DNA of 64,000 nt from Candidatus Woesebacteria bacterium. Lineage in GTDB: Bacteria; Patescibacteriota; Microgenomatia; UBA8517. The notes beneath the pieces were generated by a model that was not told the origin of the DNA, ran no database searches, and saw only the letters and a list, made by a program, of their open reading frames with translations. Location: positions 560,463 to 624,462 of the forward strand of contig CP065002.1 in the NCBI GenBank assembly GCA_016700095.1, written 5' to 3'. Of this stretch, positions 1 through 9,828 are shown one piece after another. The position numbers were made by a program, and so were the translations under genes. Each line of letters begins with the position of its first letter. Positions within the stretch are counted from its first letter, which is position 1.

Positions 1-621
1 TAGATATTCTCTAGCCTTGTTTTTCTCGATCCCTTTTTTGATCATATCTTCGATAACACCTTCTGTTCCAATCTTTTTTAGCTTATCAATGGCTACTATG
101 GCTTCGTAAGGTATACCCTTAAGAAGTTTTCTGTCATTAACGTATACTTTTATATTCTTGAAACCTAATCGTTTATAAATATCCAATAACAGTGCAATGA
201 CTTCAGCGTCAGCTTGTGACGATTCTACTCCAAAGATGTCTGCGTCACACATAATAAATTCTCGGTAGCGCCCCTTTTGCGGCTTTTCTGCTCGAAACGT
301 AGGTTGAATTTGATATCTGCGAAAGGGCATAGGGAGCTGTTGATTGTATTGGCCAATCACTCGAGATATTGGTACGGATTGGTCATATCTTAATGCAACT
401 TTCCTACCACCCGGATCATCAAACTTATAAAAAAGTTTTTCATCTTCGCCAATTTGACCTTCAAAGATTTCCAAAGGTTCGAGTATTGGTGTTTCCACTG
501 GGTCGTATCCCCAAAGTTCGAAAATTTCTTTAAGTTTGCCGATTAGCCATTCACGCTTTATGGCATCTTCGGGCAAAAAGTCTCTGAAACCTTTTAGTGT
601 TTGTATTTTATTTTTCGACAT
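1..621 (-). CDS. hisS: Histidyl-tRNA synthetase, N-terminal part; the gene runs off the window start
   Basis: Reverse-strand translation from the ATG at 621-619 gives MSKNKIQTLKGFRDFLPEDA...RYREFIMCDADIFG, the class II HisRS motifs. The frame stays open to position 1. It is not in the ORF track because it is partial. Confidence 0.85.
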   Translation of the reverse strand, partial: MSKNKIQTLKGFRDFLPEDAIKREWLIGKLKEIFELWGYDPVETPILEPLEIFEGQIGEDEKLFYKFDDPGGRKVALRYDQSVPISRVIGQYNQQLPMPFRRYQIQPTFRAEKPQKGRYREFIMCDADIFGVESSQADAEVIALLLDIYKRLGFKNIKVYVNDRKLLKGIPYEAIVAIDKLKKIGTEGVIEDMIKKGIEKNKAREYL

Positions 622-628
622 TACTTTA

Positions 629-1606
629 TTATATCGCATTACTAAATTTGCTCAAATTGTTGATTAGCATAATGAGTCTTTTTGTCTCCTTGTCATAATC
701 AGTTGAATTTGAAAGAAAAACACCAGAAAGTTTCTGAGATGGAATTAACACCAGCATACATCTAAATCCCACCCAGCTTCCACCATGATAAACAATTTTA
801 TCACTTCCATATTTATCCAGAATAAAACTATAACCTCTATCGGCTATCGTACCACTAAGTAGTTGTGTTTTAGAAAATGATTTGTCGATTAGATAACTTG
901 AAATGATTTTTTCACTAAACCAAGCTGATGTCCATTTTCCTAGATCTTGGGCACTGGAATATACCCCTTCGTTTCCAATGACATAGTTAAGAGGATTATA
1001 GTCGTAAATAGTGTACTTGCCCTTGGCGAACCTGTATCCCATTGCTCGATTATCAAAAACTGCCGTTGAGTTTTCGTAGACAAGAGTGTTATCCATCTTC
1101 ATGGGTTGAAATATTATTGTGTTTAATTGCTTTGAGTAACTACTGCCACCAACTCTTTTGATTATTTCTGCCAGAAGTACATAACCGGATTCGCTATAAA
1201 CCTGCATTTGACTTGGTTTAAAAATCAATTTGTCAAAACAAGAAATTACACTAATTGCTTCCTGGTTTGTTGGCTCGCTGCCTTTTTTGTATTTGTTCTT
1301 TGCAAGTATTTTCTCATAATCTTTGATACCCGATGTGTGATTTAGTAGATTCTCAACAGATACTTTGTATTTCCAATTCGGTAGTTCAGGGAAAAATCTA
1401 TTTAGTGTGTCGTCTAACTTAACCAACTTGTCATCAATTAGCTTGAGGATAAGCATGGCAGTGAAAGGTTTTGTTAATGACGCTAACCGAAATTTTGTAC
1501 TCCGCGATATTATTTGATTATTTTCGATGTCAGCATAACCCTCGTATTGTTGGTACAGAGTTTGTCCATTTCTTGAAATGATCAGTGCATAGCCAGGTTG
1601 TTTCAT
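629..1606 (-). CDS. Serine hydrolase, beta-lactamase / DD-peptidase (class C-like) family
   Basis: 325 aa with an S-x-x-K motif (ASLTKPF) near the N-terminus, typical of the PBP / beta-lactamase fold. It overlaps the upstream gene by 4 bp in the same orientation. Confidence 0.55.
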   Translation of the reverse strand: MKQPGYALIISRNGQTLYQQYEGYADIENNQIISRSTKFRLASLTKPFTAMLILKLIDDKLVKLDDTLNRFFPELPNWKYKVSVENLLNHTSGIKDYEKILAKNKYKKGSEPTNQEAISVISCFDKLIFKPSQMQVYSESGYVLLAEIIKRVGGSSYSKQLNTIIFQPMKMDNTLVYENSTAVFDNRAMGYRFAKGKYTIYDYNPLNYVIGNEGVYSSAQDLGKWTSAWFSEKIISSYLIDKSFSKTQLLSGTIADRGYSFILDKYGSDKIVYHGGSWVGFRCMLVLIPSQKLSGVFLSNSTDYDKETKRLIMLINNLSKFSNAI

Positions 1607-3345
1607 ATTTTCCTTTCATTTTTTGATTGTTGGTATCTATTTTCAATTTGTTTGTTTTTCCATTTGTAAAACTCAGTCATGTCATTTGGCTTAATCGGAG
1701 TAAGGATCGTAATATTTCCATCGGCTCCTAAATATTCGAGTTGGCTTACACGCATTTCTTCAAAATTTAATATGAGAATATTTCTGTCTCTTTGTGTCAT
1801 TTCTGAAAAGGCCGTACCTTCACCTACATACATACTGTAATATGCTTCCTGAATTGCAAGTAAAACTTTAGGATCTAGATTTATTCCTTTTCTAGTAAAT
1901 CTGGCTTTGGCACTTTGTAACATCTCATTTTTAATCGATCTAAAATTAGGTGAGGAAGTAAGTTTAATATTACCCAATTTTGTATATTCGTTTTGTGTTC
2001 TTGGTGCAGTAATCTTTGTGAGATATTCTTCCCATGTAAGCACACCGATTGAAAGTTCTGGTGCACTTTTTTTAAATTCTGATTGTAATCCAACTTGTGT
2101 TTGTTCAATTATTTCCTGTCTTTCGTCAGTGCTTTGGCTATATAAACCAAGAGAAGAATATGTATTATCAAACACCTCGTTGGTAGGGAGTAAAATTGTA
2201 AAGGTGGGTGGCGCAATGGGGGATAGATTTTTGGCGATTTCTTTAAGTTTGTTTATATAGTAAAGCGCAATTGATTCGTCAACATTTGCTACCACGTCGA
2301 CTTTGGGAAATTTATCTCGCCATGCCTTTGTCCAATAAAAGCCCATACAATTCCAAATAAGAAAATCTGTTGCTTCTCCTTTTGAAAACCTGATTAGATT
2401 ATTTGCAAACAGAAGCTCGCTATCACCAAGTATCCAGCTACTTTTTGTACCTTGTTCACGAAACCACGAATAAACATTAAATAACTTGTCGGCGTTTGGT
2501 TCTTGTGTAATTACGTTAACAGCTTCTAAATTTCTAGACCGCGCTACGTAGTTGGAAAGCTGTTGTTGAACATCAAGCGATTGATTAGATAAATTTCCAT
2601 TACTTATTCCATTGAGATCTTCTTGGGGTGATCGTTCAAATCTTATTCTTGCTTTTTCTTTCGCATATAAAGGTATTTGGTTGGAAAATTTTCTTTTGCT
2701 AAATCTTGTGCGGGCGATTGATGTACTTCCTTGTTTATATTGAGTATCCAGTGATCTTTTTATAAGTCGTTTTGGACTTAGAGCTACTTCTTGTCTTAGT
2801 ATTTCCTCTCCTTCTTGTTTGCCGATAACATTGCCTCTTTCGAGGGTGTAATCAATTTTAATCTTCCTCTTTCTTTCCCTGTTAACAGTTCTACCGTATT
2901 TATTTTCTTCACGAACTGCCTCTTTAACAGTATTTGAATCGGGAAGTTTCTGTAAATCTGTTTGTGCTATGAATATGTCATTATCCCATCTAATTGTTAT
3001 ATTTCCCGATCTGACTATTTCTAGAATTTTACTTTCCGATAATCCCGTTAGTCTTGCGATTTCAATTGCCGAAAAAGTGGGCAGGGGAACACTTGTTGAT
3101 GGAAGTGACAGCCATGGTTTAAGGAGGTCGTATAACCCAGAACTTAATTTCTCTTCTTCTTCATTTTGTTGCGTAGCCCTGGATACTTCTTCTTCAGAAA
3201 GATCAGGAAAAAAATTCATTAGGGCAGATTTGGTTGATTGAGTAACTGGTTTTAACTCCAAATATTCCACTAAGCGTTTGGCTGAATCGGTAGCTCTAAT
3301 TCGGTTGTCAAAAAAGTCTTGATTGAATTTTATATTTTCTACCAT
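1603..3345 (-). CDS. Hypothetical 580-aa protein with no recognisable domain; possible HTH near residues 95-130
   Basis: Long uninterrupted ORF, co-directional and tightly spaced with its neighbours. Spurious opposite-strand ORFs overlap it. No motif I can assign. Confidence 0.5.
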   Translation of the reverse strand: MVENIKFNQDFFDNRIRATDSAKRLVEYLELKPVTQSTKSALMNFFPDLSEEEVSRATQQNEEEEKLSSGLYDLLKPWLSLPSTSVPLPTFSAIEIARLTGLSESKILEIVRSGNITIRWDNDIFIAQTDLQKLPDSNTVKEAVREENKYGRTVNRERKRKIKIDYTLERGNVIGKQEGEEILRQEVALSPKRLIKRSLDTQYKQGSTSIARTRFSKRKFSNQIPLYAKEKARIRFERSPQEDLNGISNGNLSNQSLDVQQQLSNYVARSRNLEAVNVITQEPNADKLFNVYSWFREQGTKSSWILGDSELLFANNLIRFSKGEATDFLIWNCMGFYWTKAWRDKFPKVDVVANVDESIALYYINKLKEIAKNLSPIAPPTFTILLPTNEVFDNTYSSLGLYSQSTDERQEIIEQTQVGLQSEFKKSAPELSIGVLTWEEYLTKITAPRTQNEYTKLGNIKLTSSPNFRSIKNEMLQSAKARFTRKGINLDPKVLLAIQEAYYSMYVGEGTAFSEMTQRDRNILILNFEEMRVSQLEYLGADGNITILTPIKPNDMTEFYKWKNKQIENRYQQSKNERKI

Positions 3346-3346
3346 G

Positions 3347-4138
3347 TTATATTTTCACCTGTAAATTAGTTTTTAGAATTTTTACTTGTCCAGAAATTGT
3401 CGATGTCTCAAATTTGCCTTTATTAATCCCAACTGTTGTTGATATTGTTTCTTGTGATGGCTGGAGAATTGGTAGATCGTTAATGCTTTTTCCTTGTTTT
3501 AGTGTTTGGATTAATCCAACTGCAGCAGTCCCACTCGCACACGCTGTTTCGTAAAAAAGAGTTTCAATATTTCTTACCCAAATCACAGGATCTATTTTTA
3601 ACCCGCCTTTGGTTTTAGATACATAAATTACCCCTGCGGCAGGTTTAGTTATTAGATTAAGAGAAGTTAAAATATCAAAACCTTGCTTTTTAATATTTTC
3701 GCCAATTGGTATTTCAGTTACGACATGTGTGATTCCTTGCATTGGGACGATGTATCCGATTTCAATTTTTGTTATTTTCTTTAGGTCTTTATATATAGGT
3801 ATACGAGTCCAGACTTCGTAGTTACCTTTAATTCCAGACAGTAATCTATTTTTTACACCAGATGTTTTAATCTCTAACACTCCTTGCTTTCCCCCAAGGA
3901 AATAGTACGTTGCTGCTCTAGTTGCGTTACCACAAAATTCGCCACCTGCCATTTCAAGTACTTTATTTTTCTTGTCAACAAATCCCACTTGTTCTACCTT
4001 GGGATTTGCTTTCATTATCATTTTGTTGATTTGTCCTTTTAATACAACGTTTTTTACCATAGCGGTTACTAGGGCAGTATCGTTACCCCCCGGACGATAT
4101 ATGTTGTATTTGTATGTTTTCATTTTTGTTGGTTGCAT
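3347..4138 (-). CDS. DapF-family PLP-independent epimerase/racemase (diaminopimelate epimerase-like)
   Basis: 263 aa. GGNDTALV near the N-terminus, and two Cys-containing motifs (GEFCGNATRAA and ETACASGTAAVG) that resemble the two catalytic Cys loops of DapF. Confidence 0.5.
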   Translation of the reverse strand: MQPTKMKTYKYNIYRPGGNDTALVTAMVKNVVLKGQINKMIMKANPKVEQVGFVDKKNKVLEMAGGEFCGNATRAATYYFLGGKQGVLEIKTSGVKNRLLSGIKGNYEVWTRIPIYKDLKKITKIEIGYIVPMQGITHVVTEIPIGENIKKQGFDILTSLNLITKPAAGVIYVSKTKGGLKIDPVIWVRNIETLFYETACASGTAAVGLIQTLKQGKSINDLPILQPSQETISTTVGINKGKFETSTISGQVKILKTNLQVKI

Positions 4139-4168
4139 TACACTTTAAATTCATTTTTCCCACAAAAA

Positions 4169-4187
4169 ATCCCGCATATAGCGGGAT
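4169..4187 (-). terminator. Hairpin atcccgc-atatag-gcgggat followed on the minus strand by a T-run
   Basis: Perfect 7-bp stem. Downstream of the minus-strand operon 5458->4363. Confidence 0.4.
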
Positions 4188-4221
4188 GTTCGAGTCTTTC
4201 TCGGTTAGGGTGAGTATAAAT

Positions 4222-4247
4222 AAAAAAACCCACCGGTTTGGTGGGAT
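4222..4247 (-). terminator. Rho-independent terminator (cccacc-ggtt-tggtggg plus T7 on the minus strand)
   Basis: GC stem followed by 7 T on the minus strand, downstream of CDS 4363..5031. Confidence 0.6.
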
Positions 4248-4362
4248 TATTTAATCACAATAAATCACCAATCCGATTTAGACTCGATTGGTATGATGAT
4301 TGTTTGTGATTATTACTTTCATAAGTAAAGGAATTGTAAAGCTCCATTTTGACAATGTCAAA

Positions 4363-5031
4363 TTATTCGCTTTTTTCGGATTCATCGACATCACCTTTAT
4401 TGACAATTTGTATTAACGAAGCGTCAATGGTATCGTCTTCTTTTTCTCCCATAACTATGGCAGTATCGTTATCATCAAATTCAGAATATTTTACACTCTG
4501 ATTCTCATTATCCTGATAAAGAAAATATTTTGCTCCCTTTACTGGGTTTACGATAAATACATTGCCGTCCTTGTCGGTAATTTCCATGTTGTCATCGTCG
4601 TTAAAACTAATCTTTCCCCAAACAGTCACTTTCATTAAATCAGGTTCGACAGAGGTTATCAAAATTCTACTTGCAGATAGAACCGATGTGCCGTTTTTGA
4701 AACCCATAGCAACAATGTAATCGCCGATTGCGACATCGTCTAAACTTATTTTACTGGAGGATCCGTTGGTTTTGACATACATAGCATCGTCGTTTGACGA
4801 AATTTGTTGAATTTCACCTTGTGCATCTTTGATCTGTATGGTTGTATCGGTTATGTCGGTAATGGTACCAATATAAGCTTTTGCTTTGTTTTTTGCTTCC
4901 TCCAGCTTTTCCTGTACTTTCTCTCTAATTTCATTACTCTCGGCTGAATCACTTGACACCTGAGCATGAACCCCTCCAATTGAAAAGACGAAAAGTAGAA
5001 AGACAATAAGTATTTTATTTATGTTAATCAT
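4363..5031 (-). CDS. Secreted hypothetical protein (signal peptide, acidic C-terminus)
   Basis: N-terminal MININKILIVFLLFVFSIGGVHA is signal-peptide-like, followed by an acidic D/E-rich tail. Confidence 0.5.
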   Translation of the reverse strand: MININKILIVFLLFVFSIGGVHAQVSSDSAESNEIREKVQEKLEEAKNKAKAYIGTITDITDTTIQIKDAQGEIQQISSNDDAMYVKTNGSSSKISLDDVAIGDYIVAMGFKNGTSVLSASRILITSVEPDLMKVTVWGKISFNDDDNMEITDKDGNVFIVNPVKGAKYFLYQDNENQSVKYSEFDDNDTAIVMGEKEDDTIDASLIQIVNKGDVDESEKSE

Positions 5032-5458
5032 CTTGTTTGTTAAATTCAGTTGAATATACCAAGGTTAGTGTAGTGTGTGTAGATTGGCCGTCGTTGGTAA
5101 ACGCCGTCAGTGAAATATTATTAATTCCACCCGTTAGTTCAATGTCGTGATTAAATTCACCGGAAGCGTTGGCGAGTACAGTATAATCGTCATCCTCGGT
5201 TTGAATTCCAACCCATGAATTTGGTGTTGTTACACCGACGATATTGACAGGGGATATGGTGATGACATCGTAATTTTCCGGATCCGAAACACTTATTCCT
5301 ACTGTATTATCTTCGTCCAGTGCTAGTTTTTCTTCTTCGACAATTTCGACTTCTTCGGGTTTGGTGGAGAATGCGTTATTTGCACGCCAAACACCCAGAG
5401 CTATAATCAACCCAAAACTGACGCCGGCTATGATTGCCAACAATACTTCTTTTCGCAT
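5024..5458 (-). CDS. Membrane-anchored hypothetical protein
   Basis: N-terminal transmembrane helix. An 8-bp overlap with the downstream gene suggests an operon. Confidence 0.45.
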   Translation of the reverse strand: MRKEVLLAIIAGVSFGLIIALGVWRANNAFSTKPEEVEIVEEEKLALDEDNTVGISVSDPENYDVITISPVNIVGVTTPNSWVGIQTEDDDYTVLANASGEFNHDIELTGGINNISLTAFTNDGQSTHTTLTLVYSTEFNKQDD

Positions 5459-5580
5459 AATTTATTACATTATCGCCCAATATTGCGGTATCGGGTATAG
5501 CTTGTCCCAATTCGTGATTAATATAGGATACTAACGTCCACTTGTCAAGCTAGGGGGCATTTGGTAGAGTTAGACGAGTT

Positions 5581-6225
5581 ATGGAGATTACATATTTAGG
5601 CCATTCATCGTTTCGCATCAAGGGTAAAACTGCGACTGTAATTACTGATCCTTACAGTGATTCTATCGGATTGAAATTTCCAAAGGTTTCAGCCGACATT
5701 GTAACTGTTTCGCATATACACGATGACCACAACAACGTCCAAGCCGTTAGCGACGTAAAACATGTGTTTAATGGACCCGGAGAATACGAAATGATGGGTG
5801 TATCGTTTATAGGATTACCTACATACCACGACGATAAAAAAGGTGAAGTGAGAGGAAAAAATATCGTTTTTGTTATTGAGATTGATAATCTGCGTTTGGC
5901 GCATTTGGGTGATTTGGGTCACAAGTTGTCGGAAAAGCAATTAGAAGATATGGGACAGATTGATGTTTTGATGATTCCCGTTGGTGGATTTTATACGATC
6001 AGCCAAGACGTTGCCGTTGAAGTGGCGCAAGGTGTTGAATGTCCTGTTACGATCCCTATGCATTACAAAGTAGATGGATTGTCTAAAGATTTAGCGGAAA
6101 AAATCTCCGGGTATGAAGACTTTATTGTTAAAATGGGTTTACCCAAACAGGTTTTACCCAAATTAAATCTAACCAAAGATACGATCGGGGAAAACGAAAG
6201 GGTAGTGGTCTTAGAAAAAATATAA
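5581..6225 (+). CDS. Metallo-beta-lactamase-fold metal-dependent hydrolase (UPF0173-like)
   Basis: MEITYLGHSSFRIKG...VSHIHDDHNN, the histidine motif of the MBL fold. Confidence 0.7.
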   Translation: MEITYLGHSSFRIKGKTATVITDPYSDSIGLKFPKVSADIVTVSHIHDDHNNVQAVSDVKHVFNGPGEYEMMGVSFIGLPTYHDDKKGEVRGKNIVFVIEIDNLRLAHLGDLGHKLSEKQLEDMGQIDVLMIPVGGFYTISQDVAVEVAQGVECPVTIPMHYKVDGLSKDLAEKISGYEDFIVKMGLPKQVLPKLNLTKDTIGENERVVVLEKI

Positions 6226-6268
6226 AATTGCTCTTTACTTCAATAGTCTGCCAATTAAGTAAACATAA

Positions 6269-7600
6269 ATGGCGATGTCACAACAAATTAATGTACGTAT
6301 CCCGCCTCACTCATCGGACGCGGAAGAATCCGTATTGGGTGCACTGCTTCTTGATAAGGATGCCGTAATTGCAATTGCGGAGTTTTTGTCACCCGAGGAC
6401 TTTTACAATGAAAAGTTAAAAGAAATATATTCATCGGTTCTTGATTTATATCAAGATAGAACTCCCATTGATGTCTTAACCATTTCTGAAGCTCTTAAAA
6501 AGAAAAAGATTCTAAAAAAAATCGGTGGTGTGTCGTATTTAGCCGAATTGACAAACAAGGTACCGACATCAGCACACATAGAACACTACGGAAAAATTGT
6601 TAAAGATACGGCGATAAAAAGAAGTATGATGTCTGCTGCTAGCCGGTTAGTGGAATTGTCGATGGACGATGGTCTAGCTGCTCAGGAATTATTGGACAAA
6701 GCCGAAAGTGAAGTATTTTCCCTAACACAAACATCGATTGATAAATCGTTTGTTAAAGTACGTGATGCCTTGTCGGAAAGTTTCGACCGATTAGACGAAT
6801 TACATAAAGACAAAAGCGGTATGAGAGGAATTGCCACGGGTTTCAAAGATCTCGACCAGACCTTAGCCGGTTTACAAAAGTCGAATTTGTTAATACTTGC
6901 CGCACGACCTGGTATGGGTAAATCAACCCTGGCATTAAATATTGCACAAAATATTTCCGTAAACAGTAAACGCCCAGTTGGTTTTTTCTCTCTTGAAATG
7001 AGCAGGGAAGAATTGGTTGATAGATTATTGGTAACCCAGGCTGATATAGATGCTTGGAAATTAAAAACGGGAAAATTATCAGAAGATGATTTTACCAAAT
7101 TGTCGAATGCGATGGGAAAACTCGCTGAGGCACCTCTTTTTATTGATGACACACCGGCACTTACAATTCTTGAAATGCGAACAAAAGCTCGCAGATTGCA
7201 AGTCGAAAGTGGTGTGGATTTAATAATTGTTGACTATTTACAACTTGCCCGCGGCCGTACGTACGACAATCGCGTTCAGGAAGTTTCGGAAATATCTCAA
7301 GGGCTCAAAAACCTTGCCCGCGAATTGAAAGTTCCGGTAATAGCCCTTTCGCAGTTGAATAGGTCAGTTGAACAGCGTGGAATAAAAAAACCTCAACTAG
7401 CGGATTTACGCGAATCCGGGAGTATCGAGCAAGACGCAGACGTGGTTATGTTTTTGTGGAGAGAAGATGACGAAGATTTATCTAATTATGAACTGGATAT
7501 CGCCAAACACAGAAACGGACCCTTGGCGTCAATCAAACTGTTTTTCCGTGGAGATAGAGTACGGTTTTACGATCGAGAAGGCAAAAACACCAAGAGCTAA
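6269..7600 (+). CDS. dnaB: Replicative DNA helicase DnaB
   Basis: N-terminal DnaB domain (SDAEESVLGALLLD), Walker A GMGKSTLALN, and a RecA-like C-terminal domain. Confidence 0.9.
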   Translation: MAMSQQINVRIPPHSSDAEESVLGALLLDKDAVIAIAEFLSPEDFYNEKLKEIYSSVLDLYQDRTPIDVLTISEALKKKKILKKIGGVSYLAELTNKVPTSAHIEHYGKIVKDTAIKRSMMSAASRLVELSMDDGLAAQELLDKAESEVFSLTQTSIDKSFVKVRDALSESFDRLDELHKDKSGMRGIATGFKDLDQTLAGLQKSNLLILAARPGMGKSTLALNIAQNISVNSKRPVGFFSLEMSREELVDRLLVTQADIDAWKLKTGKLSEDDFTKLSNAMGKLAEAPLFIDDTPALTILEMRTKARRLQVESGVDLIIVDYLQLARGRTYDNRVQEVSEISQGLKNLARELKVPVIALSQLNRSVEQRGIKKPQLADLRESGSIEQDADVVMFLWREDDEDLSNYELDIAKHRNGPLASIKLFFRGDRVRFYDREGKNTKS

Positions 7601-7822
7601 CCCTGTAAAATTTTTTTGTCATGTACATTGATAGCTTACTTATTTATTACCTCCAGCATAAATAATCGGATGACTAAAATATTTCCTCGAGGTATTTATT
7701 GTATGCAGTAGACCGCAAGTATGAGATTACAACTCGCAAATTGTCGGACAATAAACGTAATTTCCTAAAGGACAAATAATAAAAAATAGAAGCAATCGGA
7801 TTTTTGTTTACCGCTAGTCAAG

Positions 7823-7908
7823 TGGCCGGAGAGGGACTCGAACCCTCACGAGGTATTATCCTCATAGGTTTTTGAGACCTACGCGTCTGCCAGTTCCGCC
7901 ATCCGGCC
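7823..7908 (-). tRNA. tRNA-Leu, anticodon CAA, long variable arm
   Basis: The reverse complement folds as a cloverleaf: acceptor GGCCGGA/TCCGGCC, anticodon stem TAGGT/ACCTA with loop CTCAAAA, a long extra arm, and T-arm GGTTCGAGTCC. CCA is not encoded. Confidence 0.8.
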
Positions 7909-8022
7909 AAGTATTACAAAAGTATCACCGGCAAACTTAAGTAATATAATGTTATTTTATCAAAAAGTAAAATAATACCAAGTGCTTGTAAATTATAAGA
8001 ATTATTAATAGAATAAGTCGTC

Positions 8023-8595
8023 ATGGTGGATGCAGCAGCATTGAAAAACGGAACAACATTCGAATCGAATGGGATTCCTTATTTGGTTCTAAAATACGAA
8101 TTACAGAAAGTAGCACGAGGTGGGGGAACTGTTAAGCTTACTTTGAGAAATTTAGTCAATGGTAATATGGAGCGTAAGGTATGTAACTCGACCGCAAAAT
8201 ACGAACTAATTTCTACCACAAAAAGAAGCCTGCAGTATTTATTTAAAGATGCATCAACCGCTTGTTTTATGGACGAAAAAACATACGAGCAGGTCGAGAT
8301 CCCAATAAGTATCGTAAAAAACGAAATACAATTTATTAAAGAAGGGCAATTGGCGAACGTTCTTTTCTGGGATGACAGACCACTATCTGTTGATATTGCA
8401 CCAAAGGTAACTCTTGAAGTAACGCAAACCTCGCCGGGTGTAAAGGGTAATTCGGCGACAAATGTCTTCAAACCCGCAATACTGGAAAACGGCTTAGAAA
8501 TAAAAGTGCCGCTTTTTATCAAAACGGGTGACAAAATCAGAGTTGACACGAGAAGCGGTGAGTACCTCGAGAGAATGACCGGCAAAGGAATTTAA
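8023..8595 (+). CDS. efp: Elongation factor P
   Basis: 190 aa. The KOW-like N-terminus aligns with E. coli EF-P. The loop-tip residue is Arg (KVARGGG) where E. coli has Lys34. Confidence 0.85.
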   Translation: MVDAAALKNGTTFESNGIPYLVLKYELQKVARGGGTVKLTLRNLVNGNMERKVCNSTAKYELISTTKRSLQYLFKDASTACFMDEKTYEQVEIPISIVKNEIQFIKEGQLANVLFWDDRPLSVDIAPKVTLEVTQTSPGVKGNSATNVFKPAILENGLEIKVPLFIKTGDKIRVDTRSGEYLERMTGKGI

Positions 8596-9170
8596 CTAAA
8601 AAACCACACAAGAGAAAGTATTATAAGAGTGACCTGTACGAAAACTCCGGGAATAAAATCAACATCTACTTGTAACGATTTCTCAAAAAGCACCCATTTT
8701 TTATACACCCCGTATCGTAATTTACTAAATAAAAAGTAAGGGTATTTGGTTATATCAGGCAAAACTCCCAAAAACGCTCCGGCAATAATTAATACAACCA
8801 TTCTTGTGTCAGGAAGTTGTGACAAAGCCATCAAGAAACCGGCAATTAAAGCTGTAATTATATCTATAGCAACAAACACGTAAACTTTTTTTATGCTTCC
8901 TAGATAACGGAAAACGCCACGTGGAGTGTAGGAGAAAGCCATTGGCCGGTTTTTCATACCATAAACGTGTGGGGTGTCTTTGATCTTGTCGGACATTACG
9001 GCTATATTATGTTGCTTAATATCGGTATTTATTTTGGGATTCCAATGTGGCACTTTATCAAGTACAAAATGACTTAGAAATGCAAGCGATAAACCAAGAT
9101 ACGGATTAACTACTTTGGAAACAATAACGGCTCCTACGATTGCGTGCGGTGTTTCAAGCATGTGTTTCAA
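8592..9170 (-). CDS. Hypothetical membrane protein
   Basis: Hydrophobic multi-helix ORF. Its 5' end overlaps the next ORF, so the exact start is uncertain. Confidence 0.35.
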   Translation of the reverse strand: MKHMLETPHAIVGAVIVSKVVNPYLGLSLAFLSHFVLDKVPHWNPKINTDIKQHNIAVMSDKIKDTPHVYGMKNRPMAFSYTPRGVFRYLGSIKKVYVFVAIDIITALIAGFLMALSQLPDTRMVVLIIAGAFLGVLPDITKYPYFLFSKLRYGVYKKWVLFEKSLQVDVDFIPGVFVQVTLIILSLVWFFS

Positions 9171-9225
9171 TGGTATGACCTTGGCTAAATATAGTCAAAC
9201 GGGTATAATCAAGTTGCCTAAAAAA

Positions 9226-9828
9226 ATGTTTATTACACTATTTGCGATAATTCTTTTTGTAGGAATATTTCTTTTTTTGTTTTGGCAAAAACTAAAAGAA
9301 GATTATGTGGCAACACAAATATTTACAAGTGCAAGTTATGTGATGTTTTTCGCTCTCGTTTGTTTTTGTATCGCTTATATTGTTAATCCCAAAGCGTGGT
9401 TTTGGCTTGAGGTTATAGGTTGTATCGGAGGTTTGGCGGTTGCTGTAAAAAGACAGAGAATTCGTCCAACGGAAATTATGGAAGCGTTTGTTGCTGCAAC
9501 CCTTCCTGTTTTTACGGGTATAAACATTATCTACTATCTAAAACCAGGTTTATTTGAATTCATTTTTATACCAATATTGTTAGTAATTTTAAATATTATT
9601 TTCCTCTTTCTAAAAAGCCATTACAAAAAATTTACATGGTATAAATCGGGCAGGGTTGGTTTTGCCAGTTTGGCTATTTTAATTATCTTTTTCTTATCAA
9701 GAACTATACTTGCGATATTCTTTGACAATGTGTTATCCTTTTGGTTAGATAAAGAGTTTTATCTTTCAGCTTTTCTTACTACTCTTTGCTTAGGGGGATT
9801 ATATAAGTTGTCAATAAAATCTGTATGA
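9226..9828 (+). CDS. Hypothetical polytopic membrane protein
   Basis: The track ORF is 9115..9828. I prefer the Met at 9226, which avoids overlap with the minus-strand gene. Confidence 0.4.
   Translation: MFITLFAIILFVGIFLFLFWQKLKEDYVATQIFTSASYVMFFALVCFCIAYIVNPKAWFWLEVIGCIGGLAVAVKRQRIRPTEIMEAFVAATLPVFTGINIIYYLKPGLFEFIFIPILLVILNIIFLFLKSHYKKFTWYKSGRVGFASLAILIIFFLSRTILAIFFDNVLSFWLDKEFYLSAFLTTLCLGGLYKLSIKSV

Noticed and set aside
1881-2260. Small ORFs 1881..2108(-) and 1907..2260(+) inside the 580-aa gene; similar antisense or embedded ORFs occur inside dnaB, efp, gyrA, gyrB, pilB/T/C, recG, tyrS, PBP1A, pheT/S, thrS and ahcY
   Set aside because: They are fully embedded in or antisense to long ORFs with strong homology. 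I treated them as spurious.
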